Source: Lepidodermella squamata (lineage: Eukaryota; Animalia; Gastrotricha). Taken from it: a DNA stretch of 64,000 nucleotides. A program made the position numbers and the translations under genes. Positions within the stretch are counted from its first letter, which is position 1, and every line of letters starts with the position of its first letter. The notes under the pieces were generated by a model. It was not told where the DNA came from, made no database searches, and worked only from the letters and a program-made list of their open reading frames with translations. The stretch lies in NCBI GenBank assembly GCA_047495785.1, contig JBLDXI010000040.1, positions 310,001 through 374,000 of the forward strand, written 5' to 3'. Positions 1 to 13,400 of the stretch are shown here, in pieces.

Positions 1-1184
1 TACATTGCCAAAAAATTATGGGATTTTTAGTCCTAATTTCCGATGTCCCTATCAGAAGTACAAGAGCGACTGCTCAAACCACAGGCTAAAATGGGAGAAT
101 AAAATAATAAAACTACTAAGAATTTTGTCCAGTTACCATAAGCCGTAAAAGCTAGACAGTATAAATCCAAAAAAATGCAAATTCTCGTTCACATGGAAAA
201 CAGGTAGAGGCAACAGCTGGTCATTCGCTAGCACTGAAAACTCTTTCACGTTTTGTCAGACGGTTGAATCAGCTTTTCAAATCATTGTTATACGCGCTTA
301 ATTTGCATTTCAACTCATTTCAAGCCCAAAAAAGGAAAAAAACCGCGCTAAATAATGAATCATACTGTGTATGTCCATTGCGGCGGGTTTTTTGCTTTGC
401 AGCGTAAACAAACAATAAAAGGATCCAAGCCAATTAATCCGGACTAAATAAAGTTCAATAATACAAACAGATTAGATACAAATCGATTTTTCTATATTTT
501 TTAATCCCCGTTTTTGTCTGAGTTAAGTTGTTTACTCAACATCAGGCACCCACACACTATGCATGAATCGAACGCAAATTGATGTACGCATAAATAAAAT
601 TGTGGAGTAGCCTTATTATTTATTTCGGCGCACTTCACGCAACGGAAAACGATAATAAAATGCCGTCTGCTTCCTCCCGGGACAACCGGCTATTAGCATC
701 GCAGTGATTCCTCCGACTTGGTTCTTACTGCGCCTCTCACTCGGCAAGTTGAGCGGATAAGCCGCCTGCTCATCTTGATGGCTTCCCAGGCTGCAAAATT
801 CAACACTAGAATAATTAATGCCATTAAAGTGCATTACACTTAGCTGTCAATTCTGTTTGTATTAACTGCGCTGAAACACGCAAAAAAATCGAATTTCAAC
901 CAGCTAGGCGGAAGACTTTCGACTTTGATGATGACATCAATTTGCGCAGTCGGCGGCGTTTCTGCCTTCTGCAGAAACAATCGATCCATTCAACTTTTTT
1001 TCTCGCACCCTCTAGTTTTCTCAAGCACCCACGACTATTCTTCGCCAATAACGCGGTAATAAGGGCCCCTATTGTTTGAATAATGAGATTTGAGCTAAAA
1101 ATAAATCATGTACCCACCCCTTGCTGTTATATGTCATTCATCATCAGTATTTCTCGTTTTTTTCGCCTGGATAAAAAAAAAGAT

Positions 1185-2561
1185 ATGTCTTCTTCGCATC
1201 GAATAGGCGTTCGTGGGTCTCTTTACGATGAGATGTGGCGATTTTTCCGGAAATTTCAAATGGATTGGTGCCTCGTGTGGAACAGCGTCCACGACGGTTC
1301 AATTGCTTCGGCTATTCACATGATGGTATTGACAATAAAATTGTAAAAACCCACCTTAACTCTTAAAAAATCAGGTCTCGAGCGTACTTTACATCCTGAT
1401 GTGTCTTTCAATCATCTACTACGCTAATTACTTCGGCGGGCCGCAGGGAATGTCGTTAGGATACGAATATCGAGAGGTAAAGCCTCTTACAAGGAATTTC
1501 GTTATAACGTAAAAGCTTTACCGATAGATTATACGGCATGGCGAATTGTTGTGGTCTGCTGGCCACGAAGAGAAGGATGGCGAAGCGGCTGTTCATACGT
1601 TCTCTGATGCGAAAAGCTGGCTGTTGCGGCGGAAGAAGGCGAATGAAGTCGCTCGGGAGATGACTACGTCAAAGCTGCCCGGCATTTTCGAGAAGTTGAT
1701 ACTTGAGGCGAAGCGAAAGGTCCTACAGCAGGGCGAACACGGCAACGATGACGAAGATGAACTGGACGATGACGGGCACGATACTCAAGAACCTTTGCTC
1801 AAGGAAGAGGAAAAAGGTATGTTGTCATGACTTCAAAACTTCATGAAACAAAAATCATTTTTCGTTCTAGAAAAATTGGTCACACCTTCAATGGCTATGC
1901 TGATCTTTTCAAGCGTAAATCTCGTGATATCCATAGGACTTTACATCGCAATTCAAAAAGTTGGTCTTTCATGAAGTTTGGCAATTAATGAAGTTTTCGT
2001 TTTTCTAGAAAAATGTATTCTTTCTCCTGTTGTGGTCGTTAATCGTGTTGCCAGCCGTTATAATTGCTGATAACGTTTACGAGATCTATCTGTTCGTCTT
2101 ATTGCTGACTCTAGGACCGTTATGGGTGAGTTGAATTCAATCTAAGCTCTCTGATTTACCATAACTTGAAAACAGGCTCATACTGGATCGGTTTGGTTCG
2201 AAATTTACGTGGTAATCAATTTCATTTTATGGATCGTCCGAAATCTCTGCAATGTGAGTTGGCCTGTCCGTTACGAAATTCAGTGAATTATTCCGAATTT
2301 GTTTAGCTTTACACATTTTTCTGTATCACTGCATTTCGGAATGCGTCGACCCAGCGCCGGAAGGTGAATGAGCCAGTTCCAGTGAAAAAGCGCCTCGAAG
2401 TTTCGCTGAGTGGTACAATTCTGGCGGAAAATATCGCCAATGCAATGCAGGCGCCAAGTGACGAGGAAGGCGAAATTGTGGATGATGACGGGTCGACGCT
2501 GACCGAAGACTCATTCGAAATAAACCACAAGCCACATTTCGTCCCAGGACAAGCAAGTTGA
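1185..2561 (+). CDS. Multi-exon predicted four-transmembrane protein with an acidic loop (LAPTM/DUF4728-like topology)
   Basis: About 7 exons joined at GT-AG introns of ~50 bp give MSSSHRIG..SIASAIHMM|VSSVLYILMCLSIIYY..|..DDEDELDDD..|..MAMLIFSSVNLVISIGLYIAIQK|KNVFFLLLWSLIVLPAVII..|..IYVVINFILWIVRNLCN|LYTFFCITAFR..GQAS*. There are four hydrophobic segments, and AATAAA lies at ~2598. The family is inferred from topology only. Confidence 0.7.
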
Positions 2562-2964
2562 ATTGTGTTTATCCAGCAAATTAATTTTATTGATTTATAA
2601 TAAAGATCAGCAGCCCAATGTCGATTTTTAACAATGGCAAAATGGACTATTTCGCTAGTCATCAATACCTGCCAACGATGAGCGACAGTACACCTTGATC
2701 TTGTATCGAAGAATGCTAATTTTGATGCAAGAGGACAGCGCCATGAATATTTCCAATAAAAGTGATTTATTGTATCAAGATTCGCAGGAATTTAAGCTAT
2801 TTATTCGAAGTCCAAGATTAACCTCATTTTTCGTTTGCTGAAAAATATGGAAATTTGACTCGGTTATCCAAAAGTGACCTGAAATTTGAAACGCGTGCCT
2901 ACGTCTGATGAAAAAATTCTCCATTCACATACAATTTTAGAATAGCACATCAAAATATAGTAAA

Positions 2965-5900
2965 ATGCTTTGCCGAGATGCTGTATTTTTGCTGTTAATT
3001 TTGACTGCATTGCTTGGAAATAGTCGATGCCAATGGATTCGATGCTTTTCTCAGTACAACGGCGATTTTGTTAAGTGTCGCAACACCTTTGACGGCTGTG
3101 ATGAGTTAACAGAATACACGGTTGGTTATAAATCTTTGCTGTGAGTAAAATTCCAAAAATTTTGACTCAACAGAGACAGAGCCAAACTAACTTCGATTCA
3201 TGTCGAAAAGGGGTAAGCTCTGTAATTTCGGAGATATATTATAAATCCTTCCTATTCAGAGTGGCGTCTTATGCTATGAGTATGCTACCTTAAGGCTGTT
3301 TTGCCGGCCAGCTGGCTTATCTTGCTCTTCAAATGAAATAAAGGTGTGAAGGATAAAGCCAACTCAATTTCCTTTTTTAATTTTGTAAATTTTAGATAGA
3401 CGTTTTTCGAGGCAGAACTCTATTAGGTCCCAACCTTCAAGATTGCAAAGATGCGGCTGAAAAATTTCCGGTATTGCCTGAGAATAGTTTTCCAGCAATT
3501 TCTAGTTTTCTATATATATAGAATCAATTCTTCAAACGATGTATGTCGGGAAAAACCCTCATTGCCTGTGTCCCGCGAGACAACACGAATATTACATGTC
3601 CGATAGGAACGGTTTGTTCTCGGGTTATATCCCAAAAGCTTTCAAATTTCTGCCACCAAATTTAGACCGAGGGAGCTAGTAAGCGGAACTTGGCGAGATG
3701 TATCGATGGAATGAGTAAGCCTGGCTTTTTCCAAAGCTTTTCCATATTTTTGGATGACAATTCCTTTAGTCACGGTACCTGACGAAGTCAAGCCTCACAT
3801 CCGATGCTTCGATTCTACTGATCGGCAGTTCACAGCCTGCCGGCTAGCCGCAACTGGATGTCTAGCTAACAATGAAACGACTGATTTTTCAGACGGGCAG
3901 TTCATCGACAAACAAACTTGTCTGAAAGGCGTAAGTCGCCCATTAGACCCCGAGTTATTTTTTTGAATTTTCGAATACATTTCAGAAAGCAGTTCAATGC
4001 ACGACGAACGACGAACCAAACTGCTATAATGTTTGCCCTGGTAATTCCGAAGAGGTAGCGAAATTTTCCTGAAAAACTTAAATTCTATGAACCTTCAATT
4101 TTCCAGGGGAAAGTTTATGCAGCAGGCATATCTTTTGCTGAAAATCATGCAGCATGTTTGAATTACACGAAAAAGGTTATTGTTCCCTATTTCATTTTTT
4201 CTTAGTTTAAATCAATTTTATCAGACTGTCCATTTCCTACGCTGTCTGGCTACATTGACGGGTGATGTGTCCTGCCGATCAAATGAAACGGGATGCCTAG
4301 CTGGTGAGAAGCCGAGCCTGGAGCGAACGTACAAGAGCGAATCCGCTTGCATTGCTGACTCTCCAAATTACAGCGTCCGGAAAATTTATGTTGTCCTGAA
4401 ATCCAATATCACTTGGGATGGGGCCAGGAATCTTTGCCCTCAGCAATACGCAAATTTCGCTGTTGTGAAAACCGAAGACGACCAGGCCGCGCTTCGGAAG
4501 GAGCTTTTCGCTCTGCAAGTTGCAACAGCTTGGCTCGGTCTAAAGTTTGATCCGCTCGCCAACAATTGGGTTTGGGTAGATGGTACGAATTACACGACTT
4601 CGTTCTACCAATGGGCCACAGGCGAGCCGAGTGGCGACGGCAATTGTGCTCGCTACAACTACATCGGGGATAATTTCTACCTGAACGATTGGCAATGTGA
4701 CAACTCGTCAGTAGCTGCAACTGTTTGCCAGATCTATACGGACGTCTTGAAACAAGTAACCCATTAATTCGTCTTTCTTTGAATTTTTCCAAAATTATAA
4801 AATTTCTGAATTTCCCAATTTTTCAAGATTTAACTTGATTTCAAGTTCTTCATTTGACTTTCAGCCGGGCTACATTCGCTGCGTTTTGAACAACGGCGCA
4901 GTCTCTTGTCGATCGAATTCAACTGGCTGCGAGTCGCTTGAAGCTCAATACCCGGCTGGCGTGACTTTTCCAAGCGAAGCACGATGTGAAAACGTCTTCA
5001 AAAGGTTCTCGCCCGTCAGGCTCAATCTCAATCTCGATCAAGCCAACGAGTACTGCGCTAATAACTCTGGGAAACTAGCAATGATTCGAACACCAGGCGA
5101 GCAATCCGAATTGGCCCGAGTGTTGGGATCCCAATTTTTCACAGCAGCCTATGTTGGAGCTTTTCTAGGTTCTTTCACCACTCTCTGGTTTTGGATAGAT
5201 GGCGGCGTTGTCAAGCCTTTTCCAGGTCAATGGGCGCCTGATGAACCCAACAGCCCTTACCCATGCGCGATTTACAAGTCGAATAATGGTACCTACCAGA
5301 TGTTCGCTAGCCTATGCTCTGGGGCTTCGATAGAAGGGTTTGCTTGCGAAAATGTAATCGATAATAATGGCATGGGTGAGTTTGAGGTTGAGCCGACATA
5401 CCTTTTCATTACGTCAGTTTTGCAGTGCAACTGCCTGCATACATAAAACGGCATGTTCGCTGCTTTGGCTCAACAAGTCGCCAATTTGTTGGCTGTCGAC
5501 TCGTAAGTGAAGGCTGTAAGAACGGAACTGAAACTCGCGAATATTCGCCTGAAAGCTTTGCAACTTTCGATGAGTGCATGCTCGGGGTAAGGATCTGCGC
5601 CTCCTTAAACAAATTCGAATAAATATGTTTCGCTAGTCTGCCGTCCAATGTGCTACATTCTTCGGGAAAAGGTGCTTCAAAACTTGCCCTAATGGATCTC
5701 AACAGGTTTTTTTGGAAGTTTCATCCATACCCCTGAACGTTTGATGTTTCCTATCAGATTGGGATATATTTTACTTCGGCCTACTTTGAGGAAAACCATG
5801 CGAGATGCTGGAATGACATACCGGTATTTTTTTGGCATTTTTTTTAATTTTCTAATTTTTGGAAAATTTCCAGCCCGTTTACCTACGCTGCATCAACTCG

Positions 5901-8900
5901 GGCAACGTTTTCTGCCGCAAAGACACAGACGGTTGTAGAGATAACGAAACACAATTCCCAGCTGGGGTGTCCTTCTCCTCTCAAGATCGATGTGAAAACC
6001 CAGTCAAGGTGTTTGTTTACGTCGCTAATAGCGTTTCGTTCCTCAATGCTAAGAAACAGTGCTCCGACAATTCATACCAACTCGCAACCGTCAAAACACT
6101 AGGGGAGCAATCGGAACTTCGCAATGTCCTCACTGCCCAATCAGTTACATCGGCTTACATTGGCTTGACCCTGAATAACAGCACTTGGTCTTGGGTGGAT
6201 GAATCCTCTTTCCAGCCGTTACCCGATCAATGGGGGCCTGGAGAGCCCACGGCTAGCTTGTTCTGTGGGGTATACAAGCTATTCGGTTCAACGATTTATC
6301 AAGCCGCTGCGGAAAACTGTGACAGCAATTTCCCCGTAGTTTGTGAAAAGTTGTATGAGAATGATGGCGTAGGTTAGTTTCAAGATGAATTTGTAACTAG
6401 CGGAGAAAATAATTTTGAAATTTCAGCCCCGCTTCCCGAATATTTGCAACCTCACGTGCGATGCTTTGATACAACGAGCCGACGGTTTGTTGGTTGCCGC
6501 CTCGCGAGTTCTGGCTGCCAGAATTCGGGCCTGAACCAAGATTATTCAGCTGATATATTCAAAACTTTGGACGAATGTCTTACTGGGGTAACGTTTCTGA
6601 ATTCTTTTTTTCGGTTACAATTTTAAAATTTCGATTATTAACCCTAAATCAGGTAGCTTCTCAGTGCAGAACTTCAATCGATCGACGCTGCTACGATTCA
6701 TGTCCGACAGGCTCGCAACAGGTTTGCCTTTGAGTCGCAATAATGAGATTTAGGACCTTTTATCGTTTACTAGGTCGGAGCTTACACTTCATCGCTTTAC
6801 TTCGCAGAAAATCACGCCAGCTGCTTAAATAATATCCCGGTAAATGAAATTTCCTTGAATCAGCGCTTGAAACCTAGCATGAAACAGGGAACATACCAAT
6901 CATATTGTCATCGTTCCGTTTTCAGCTAGGTTACATCCGCTGTGTGACTGCCACTCAAGACGAGACCGTCACTTGCCGGTCCAACTCGACTACCTGCCAA
7001 ACTGGTGAACAGCGCAATCCAGGTGGAATCACCTATCCAAGCGAACAACAATGCAATGCCGTGACCAAATACTTCATAGCTCGGCGGCCTGGACTTGGGG
7101 TCGATCTCGGTGAGGCGATGACAATTTGCGGCCAGCTAGGTGCGCTTCTCGCTACCGTCAAAACCACGAGTGAACAGACTCGACTACGTCAAATGCTGGC
7201 CAGCCAGTCGATGCAAGCGGCATGGGTGGGCCTTTCGCAATCGAGCGGGAGCAACTACGTCTGGATTGATGGGACGCTCTTCCAGGCCCTCGCCGACCAG
7301 TGGGGCCCTAACCAGCCCAGTCGCACCTGGCCGTGTGTTATCTACGCGTTCAAACCAGTCCAACAGCAATTTCTTATGGAAACCTCGACGCCCTGTGAAC
7401 AATCTGCTCCGAATCTCATCAAGCCCGGCTACGCTTGCGAGAAGTGGGCTGATAGCTCAAGCCCTGGTAGGAACAGCCTCATCATGATCATTCTTAAGAT
7501 GAAATTCTGATTCTAGATCCTCAACCGCATATTCGCTGCTTCAACTCAGCATCGCGTCAATTCGTAGCTTGCCGACCCGCTAGCTCTGGTTGCCTTAATG
7601 GCGTTGAAACTCAGTTTTATTCTACTACAACCTTCGCGAACAAAGACCTCTGCACGATTGGAGTAAGCTTCAAATCAACAACCTCTTTCTCCTTTTCACA
7701 ATTTTCCCCTTCAGCCTGCTGTTCAGTGCCAAGATGCGGACGGTTTTAGAAACTGTTACGAGATTTGCCCTGATGGTCTACAACAGGTTCGGTCATTTTT
7801 TAATAATCTAATTTACAATTATTTTCCGTTGAATTTACAGTCAAACTACTACGGCAGCTCATTATTTTCCAGCGACAATTTCGGTAGCTGTCCTTGGGAT
7901 AGTGTCGTGAGTTTATTTCCTATTCTTTCAGATTTAAATATGAATTTAATTAAATTCAATATCACAGAAATCGTATTCTCGCTGCGTTGCTAGCGATGGT
8001 TCAGTAAATTGCCGGGCTGCAAGTGCTGGATGTAAATCGGGCGACTTTCTCTACCCTAGCCGGATAACGTTTCCGACGAAGAATCGATGCGAAAATCCGG
8101 TCAAAATATACTCAGCCCCAGGAACGGCGCCGGGTAGCTTCTCTTCAGCCGCCGTTCAGTGCGTCCAGAATGGCGCTGTTTTAGCCTCTGTAAGATCTCG
8201 CGCTGAGTTGCAAGAGCTGCGCAAACTGTTGGCTATAATCACGCTGCCAGCTTTCGTGGGTCTTCAATTCAAGAACTCCAATTGGCTATGGGTCTTGGAT
8301 GGCACGCCTCTTGATTCTTCGCTTAACCTCTGGGGACCTGGTGTGCAAGACGTTAGCAACGGAAAAATTTGTTCCGTTTTCAAAAGCTTCGAAGGTAGCA
8401 ATTACAACTATTACTTAGCCACTTCGGCTTGCGACGGCTTCAACTTTGTCTGCGAACGAGTTGTTGATAATGATGGATCGGGTAAGATTTAAATTGAAAC
8501 TTGAGACCTATTGGTTTTGATCTCATTTTAGTTCCAGCTGAATATCTAACTCCCCACATCAGCTGCTTCAGTACTTCCAACAGTCGAGCTTTCACCGCCT
8601 GCCGACCGGTGAGTTCTGGTTGTAACGCTAACTCGGAATCCCAGCAATTTTCAACATTCCCGAATCTGGACGCGTGTTTGCTAGGCGTAAGTACTTGATC
8701 GAAATTTCTCAATCTACGTGAATCTAAATCTGTCGCTCTAGTCTGGGTTTTATCGATGCGTAAACAGTGTTGGTGGGGTAACTTGCCGATTGGCGTCTGA
8801 AGGCTGTTCAATCGGCGAACAGCGATTTCCACCAAACGCGACATTCTCAACTGAGGAGAAGTGTACTACAGCGAAGAAGGTTTTCTTCTTAGGGTCGCCG

Positions 8901-9281
8901 AACCTAAATTGGGACACGGCTAAGGCTGTGTGCGCCCAGCAAAACGCTCAATTGGCTACTCTGAAATCATCCCGCGAGTTCGAGCAGGCTGGGCCTTTAA
9001 ATAAGGTCTATCTACCATCTGCGCAGATATTTATAGGAGCCTATGCCTGGGTTGGCCTTGTCGCATCTGCTGAGTCGCCAAGCGGCTGGAAATGGATTGA
9101 TGGGTCAAACCTCGTCCCATCTGATTATACAGCACCGTTCTGGTGGCCGCTTGATTCGGGAGGCGGGAATTGCGGTATTACGACCCCTGATGACGATGAT
9201 ATTTCGAAGTTCACAATCAGCCGTAGAAATTGCGCCGCTGTTTTCGATAGCTATTTGTGCGAGACGTTCGTCGAACAATAA
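2965..9281 (+). CDS. Secreted multi-domain protein with six C-type lectin domains and repeated 4-Cys modules
   Basis: Signal peptide MLCRDAVFLLLILTALLGNSRC. Six CTLDs lie in the ORFs at 4180, 4835, 5859, 6905, ~7970-8490 and 8790, each with W/Y-x-GL-like, WxWxDG and W-x2-3-EP-like motifs and conserved Cys. More than 20 short GT-AG introns; no TM segment before the stop at 9281. Confidence 0.85.
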
Positions 9282-10459
9282 GGCTGATACAGCCGCGATC
9301 AAAAGCCATACACCAACCTTTATTTCCTAATATGAAACATGACATCGGTCATAAGCATGGTTTCTCGGCTGTGTGGATTTTCAATTTTTATTCCCGACAA
9401 CCGCCGATCGGTTGGCGTGTTTCGAAATGTATTAACCAATGCCTATTTTCTGAATAAATTATGGTTCTTATTAATCGTGGAGCATCTTACGAAGAGTTTA
9501 TAAATCTAGCATATAACACTCTCTTCGGGAAAAATCGTTGATCAATGCCGTGCTGCTCCCGATCTTATTTACAGTAAACCGCCCTCTGACGCAGTTGTAA
9601 CACCTTTTTCGAGCTGGGAAACTACTTATGAATGATGGGGTCGATCTTACTCCAGGCCTTCTAGACACTATCGCACTGAGTCTGCCGTTTTCGGAGCTGC
9701 GGATTCCGGGGTTCACCTCTATTTTCGGCTTGATAAGCTTGAGTATTAGCTGAGTATTACGTGCAGTAGCCGGGTAGCTATTGGTTGCCGGCTAATTATA
9801 AATTGTCCATAATTTGTTGGCTGCTTTTTTTGCAAACTGCAAAGCAAGACCATTCAATAACATGTTTTAATCAATACCACGTTTTGCGCAAACAATGAAT
9901 GAAATTTGATGGATAGTTGAGGTGATATGCTGATCACACGATAGAAAAAGCCAGCCAGAGAAGAAATTTTACGCAATTTCCCGACGTAGCTTAGTTACCG
10001 TGTGAACATCAAGCAAACGTGTGCTGGACAATGCGTCCAAGAAATTCAGGTTAGATTTATTTACTTGCGATTTCATCAAATCGAGGAGTTGTTCCACGAC
10101 TCTCGCCCTGTTACTTGCCAACCGTTGATCGCACAATAATAGGCCATGTCTCAAAAAAACTGGCGAGAGTCCTCTTTCGAAGGGATGTAGCCTCCAAATT
10201 GAGAATTTCCGCAAGAATCTGGTTGGCTTTAAGAAATTCTCAATCTTGAAATGATCTCGCTATTCCATCAAAATCTACGCTTCAAAATAGGATGTAGCCT
10301 CGTGGAAAAATTGATGAGTAAATCAATTGATCAATAAATTATAAATTCTCGAATTGATGAAATCGCAAGTAAAATACTTCAACCTATATTTCTTGGGGAC
10401 AATGTTGAACATAAAATTCACTGATTATATATATCAAGCTTCGCATTAGATAGTTTCAG

Positions 10460-13400
10460 ATGACAATCTCCATCACTTTACTAGCCGTTTCAGCATTTAT
10501 CCCGCCAATTCTAGCGCAATGTAAGCCGTTGATCATTGGTTGGTCTTGCTTTATCATTATTTGCAGCATGCTCCCCGGCTTGCATGAACGGAGGCACATG
10601 CATCGCAGCAAATACTTGCAAATGTCAGCCGAGTTACTCGGAACTACTATGTGAAACTCGTTAAGTTTTACCACCGTATTGCTTTACATTATAACTGATA
10701 ATCTGATGTCTCTCGTAGCGATATGCGCTGAAACATGCAACCCGCCGACTTCGGGATGCACTGCACCCAATGTCTGCTCGTGCTTGGCACGTTTCACCGG
10801 GCCACGATGTTCACAATGTAAATTTAAAAAGAAACTGTCAGAAGTACATCGGGTGCCGTGCCCCAAGCTCGAGAGGTCCGAGCAAGAGAATTCGAAAAAA
10901 CTCTTCGAAAAATATTGTCCTCAAAATTCTGGAACCGAGATCAAATCAAATGGAGATGTAGTTTTCAGTTTTAATTTGAGACCTGATCATGGGCAAAATC
11001 TTTGAAAAGCTGAATCAAATCTTTGCGCTAAAATCAAATCCCAATACAATCGAGAGGGTTACCCTCACTTGCGCATTTATCACTTGCGCATTTGAAAATT
11101 ATCACTTGCGCATAAAATATTGATTTTACAGCCTGTTGTTCACCAGTTGACGAATTATTATGAAATTTTTATAAAATAAGATTGGCAGGTGTCACATCTG
11201 TTAGTCGCGTGTGTGTAGACATATGGTGCGTTACTGCCCAAATTCAAGTTTTCAAATGTTCAAAATCATTTCTACATTTTAACTCATTTTCAAAATGCGT
11301 TTAACTTGCGTTATGAAATGTGGCTTCGTGTGCCAAGATGCTCGCGGGTTGTCTTGCCACCATAGAAAAAATAATAGAAAAAACCAGAGAAAAAAGGCGA
11401 GAGAGTCTGTCGCCAGCTGAAGAAATATCGCGAGATCAACAACGAAATTACCACACTGAAGCTGCTTTTTGACGAGCAATGGCAAGAAGGCATGAATGCC
11501 TATGAACACCTGGACAAGTTGGCAGGCTTCATCGGGCAGAACGGCAAAATACACCCAGCACACGGGCCCAATACGAGGGCTCTTGCAACCGACGACTAAT
11601 GAAGAATAATGCTTGATTTTCGCTCGACCTTACTCTTTTAATTGCTCTTTACTTTCGTCATTACTTTGTAATAAGACGTCGATTGAGTAATAACTGCGTC
11701 AGGTATCGCAAATAAAAATTTATAAAACAGTTCATAATAATTCATCAACTGGTGAACAACAGGCTGTAAAATCAATATTTTATGCGCAAGTGATAATTTT
11801 CAAATGCGCAAGTGATAAATGCGCAAGTGAGGGTAATTCAATCGAGAGCAAGAGAATTCAAACAAGGGGGAACACCCTTTGGTCTGAAGATTCTTTAGTC
11901 TGAAAAGGATAATAAGATAATATCTGTTCCCAGAAAACCCCTGTAACCTAAAATCTCGTCAAAAATCGTGAATAATCATTCAGACATCGGCACGCCTCTA
12001 ACGGATCCCGAAAACTACATCCAGCAATGGTCCTATCCGAACAATGCAAACTACAGCCACTGGAATTACCGTTATTCCGCAACAGCTCCCGGGTCCGTTT
12101 TACAATCTAATAAAGCTGTTAGGCTGACTTTCGGCCAGGGTCGTTTCTATAATGGCTTTATGCTCGCGAAGGAGCCATTCACGTTAACTGACTTCAGCAT
12201 CAACGCGACGATTTATTCGCACGAAGGCTCCGCCTATTCTTTTACTTCCGTGTATGTCACGAACGAAAATGCTCTGATACCAAGTCCATCTGCAGCAAGT
12301 TTGTTGTACTGGCATTTCATACTGCATTGCGACCATTTATTTTGTGCTCAGGTTTCAACATCGACTACGCTAAAGCACGGGGCGTGATGACCGATTTTGG
12401 GTACGATGCCAATGGCCCTGTTTTTAATGTTGGCGCAATGGGCAAATATAATTACAACCCTGGCACTTATACGAGAATTAACACGCGTTACCACGTCGGC
12501 ATAGTCGTGCGCAACGGCACACTATGGGTTGAAAATAGCGAAATCCCCCTCGCCCGTACAACCTTTTACTCTGTTTCAGGTCGACCAATGTACGACGACT
12601 AGTTGTATTTCAGCACACTCAGCTGTTCCGGGTAACACCTTCCCAATTTCAGGCGAGCGTGCCTACGTAGGCGTATGTGCTGCGGGCAACAACGTCGACG
12701 TCGTTGACCTGCGAGTGTATTCGCTCATGAAATGTCCTGTTACCTGCATCCGCGGCTACTGTGCCCCTGGACCGAATGGCGGGCCCAATCAGTGCTACTG
12801 CAAACAAGGCTGGATGGGTGTTGATTGTTCTAAAAGTGAGCCGTAACAATAATAAGCATTTTTTGGATCCCAGACCTTACGAATTTTCAGAAATTTGTCC
12901 GTGTACAAATGGAGGAACGTGTATCGGACCAGGCATTTGCAAGTGTCCCAAGGGACGTACTGGAGATGACTGCAGCGAGAAGGGTACTTAGACTAGGAAA
13001 ATGTATTTTCAATACAAATTTCTTCCATAATAGCTAGCCCTCAGTTTTATCTACCCGAAAATTGCGGAAAAGGCTTCCGGTTGATCAAAGCAGACACTTT
13101 TCAAGAAATCATCGGCATTGACTTGAAATCCTGCCTGTATACGTGTTACAGAAGTGGCGGTTATCGATGCCGCTCCGCCTCTTATAATCCATCGAATTCA
13201 ACGTGCTGGCTGAACACCGGGCACACGAACGAGCTGTGGGAGGGTCTGGAGGCCGCTCCAGGGTGGTTTTACTACCACTTGGTATGATCTTTCACAGGAG
13301 ATGCTGGATGTCGAAACTTCGATATTTCACTCACAGGAGGCAGATGAGACTCCGATTTGCAGGGCTAACACTTACACTGGTAAAGTCAGTTAGAGATTAG

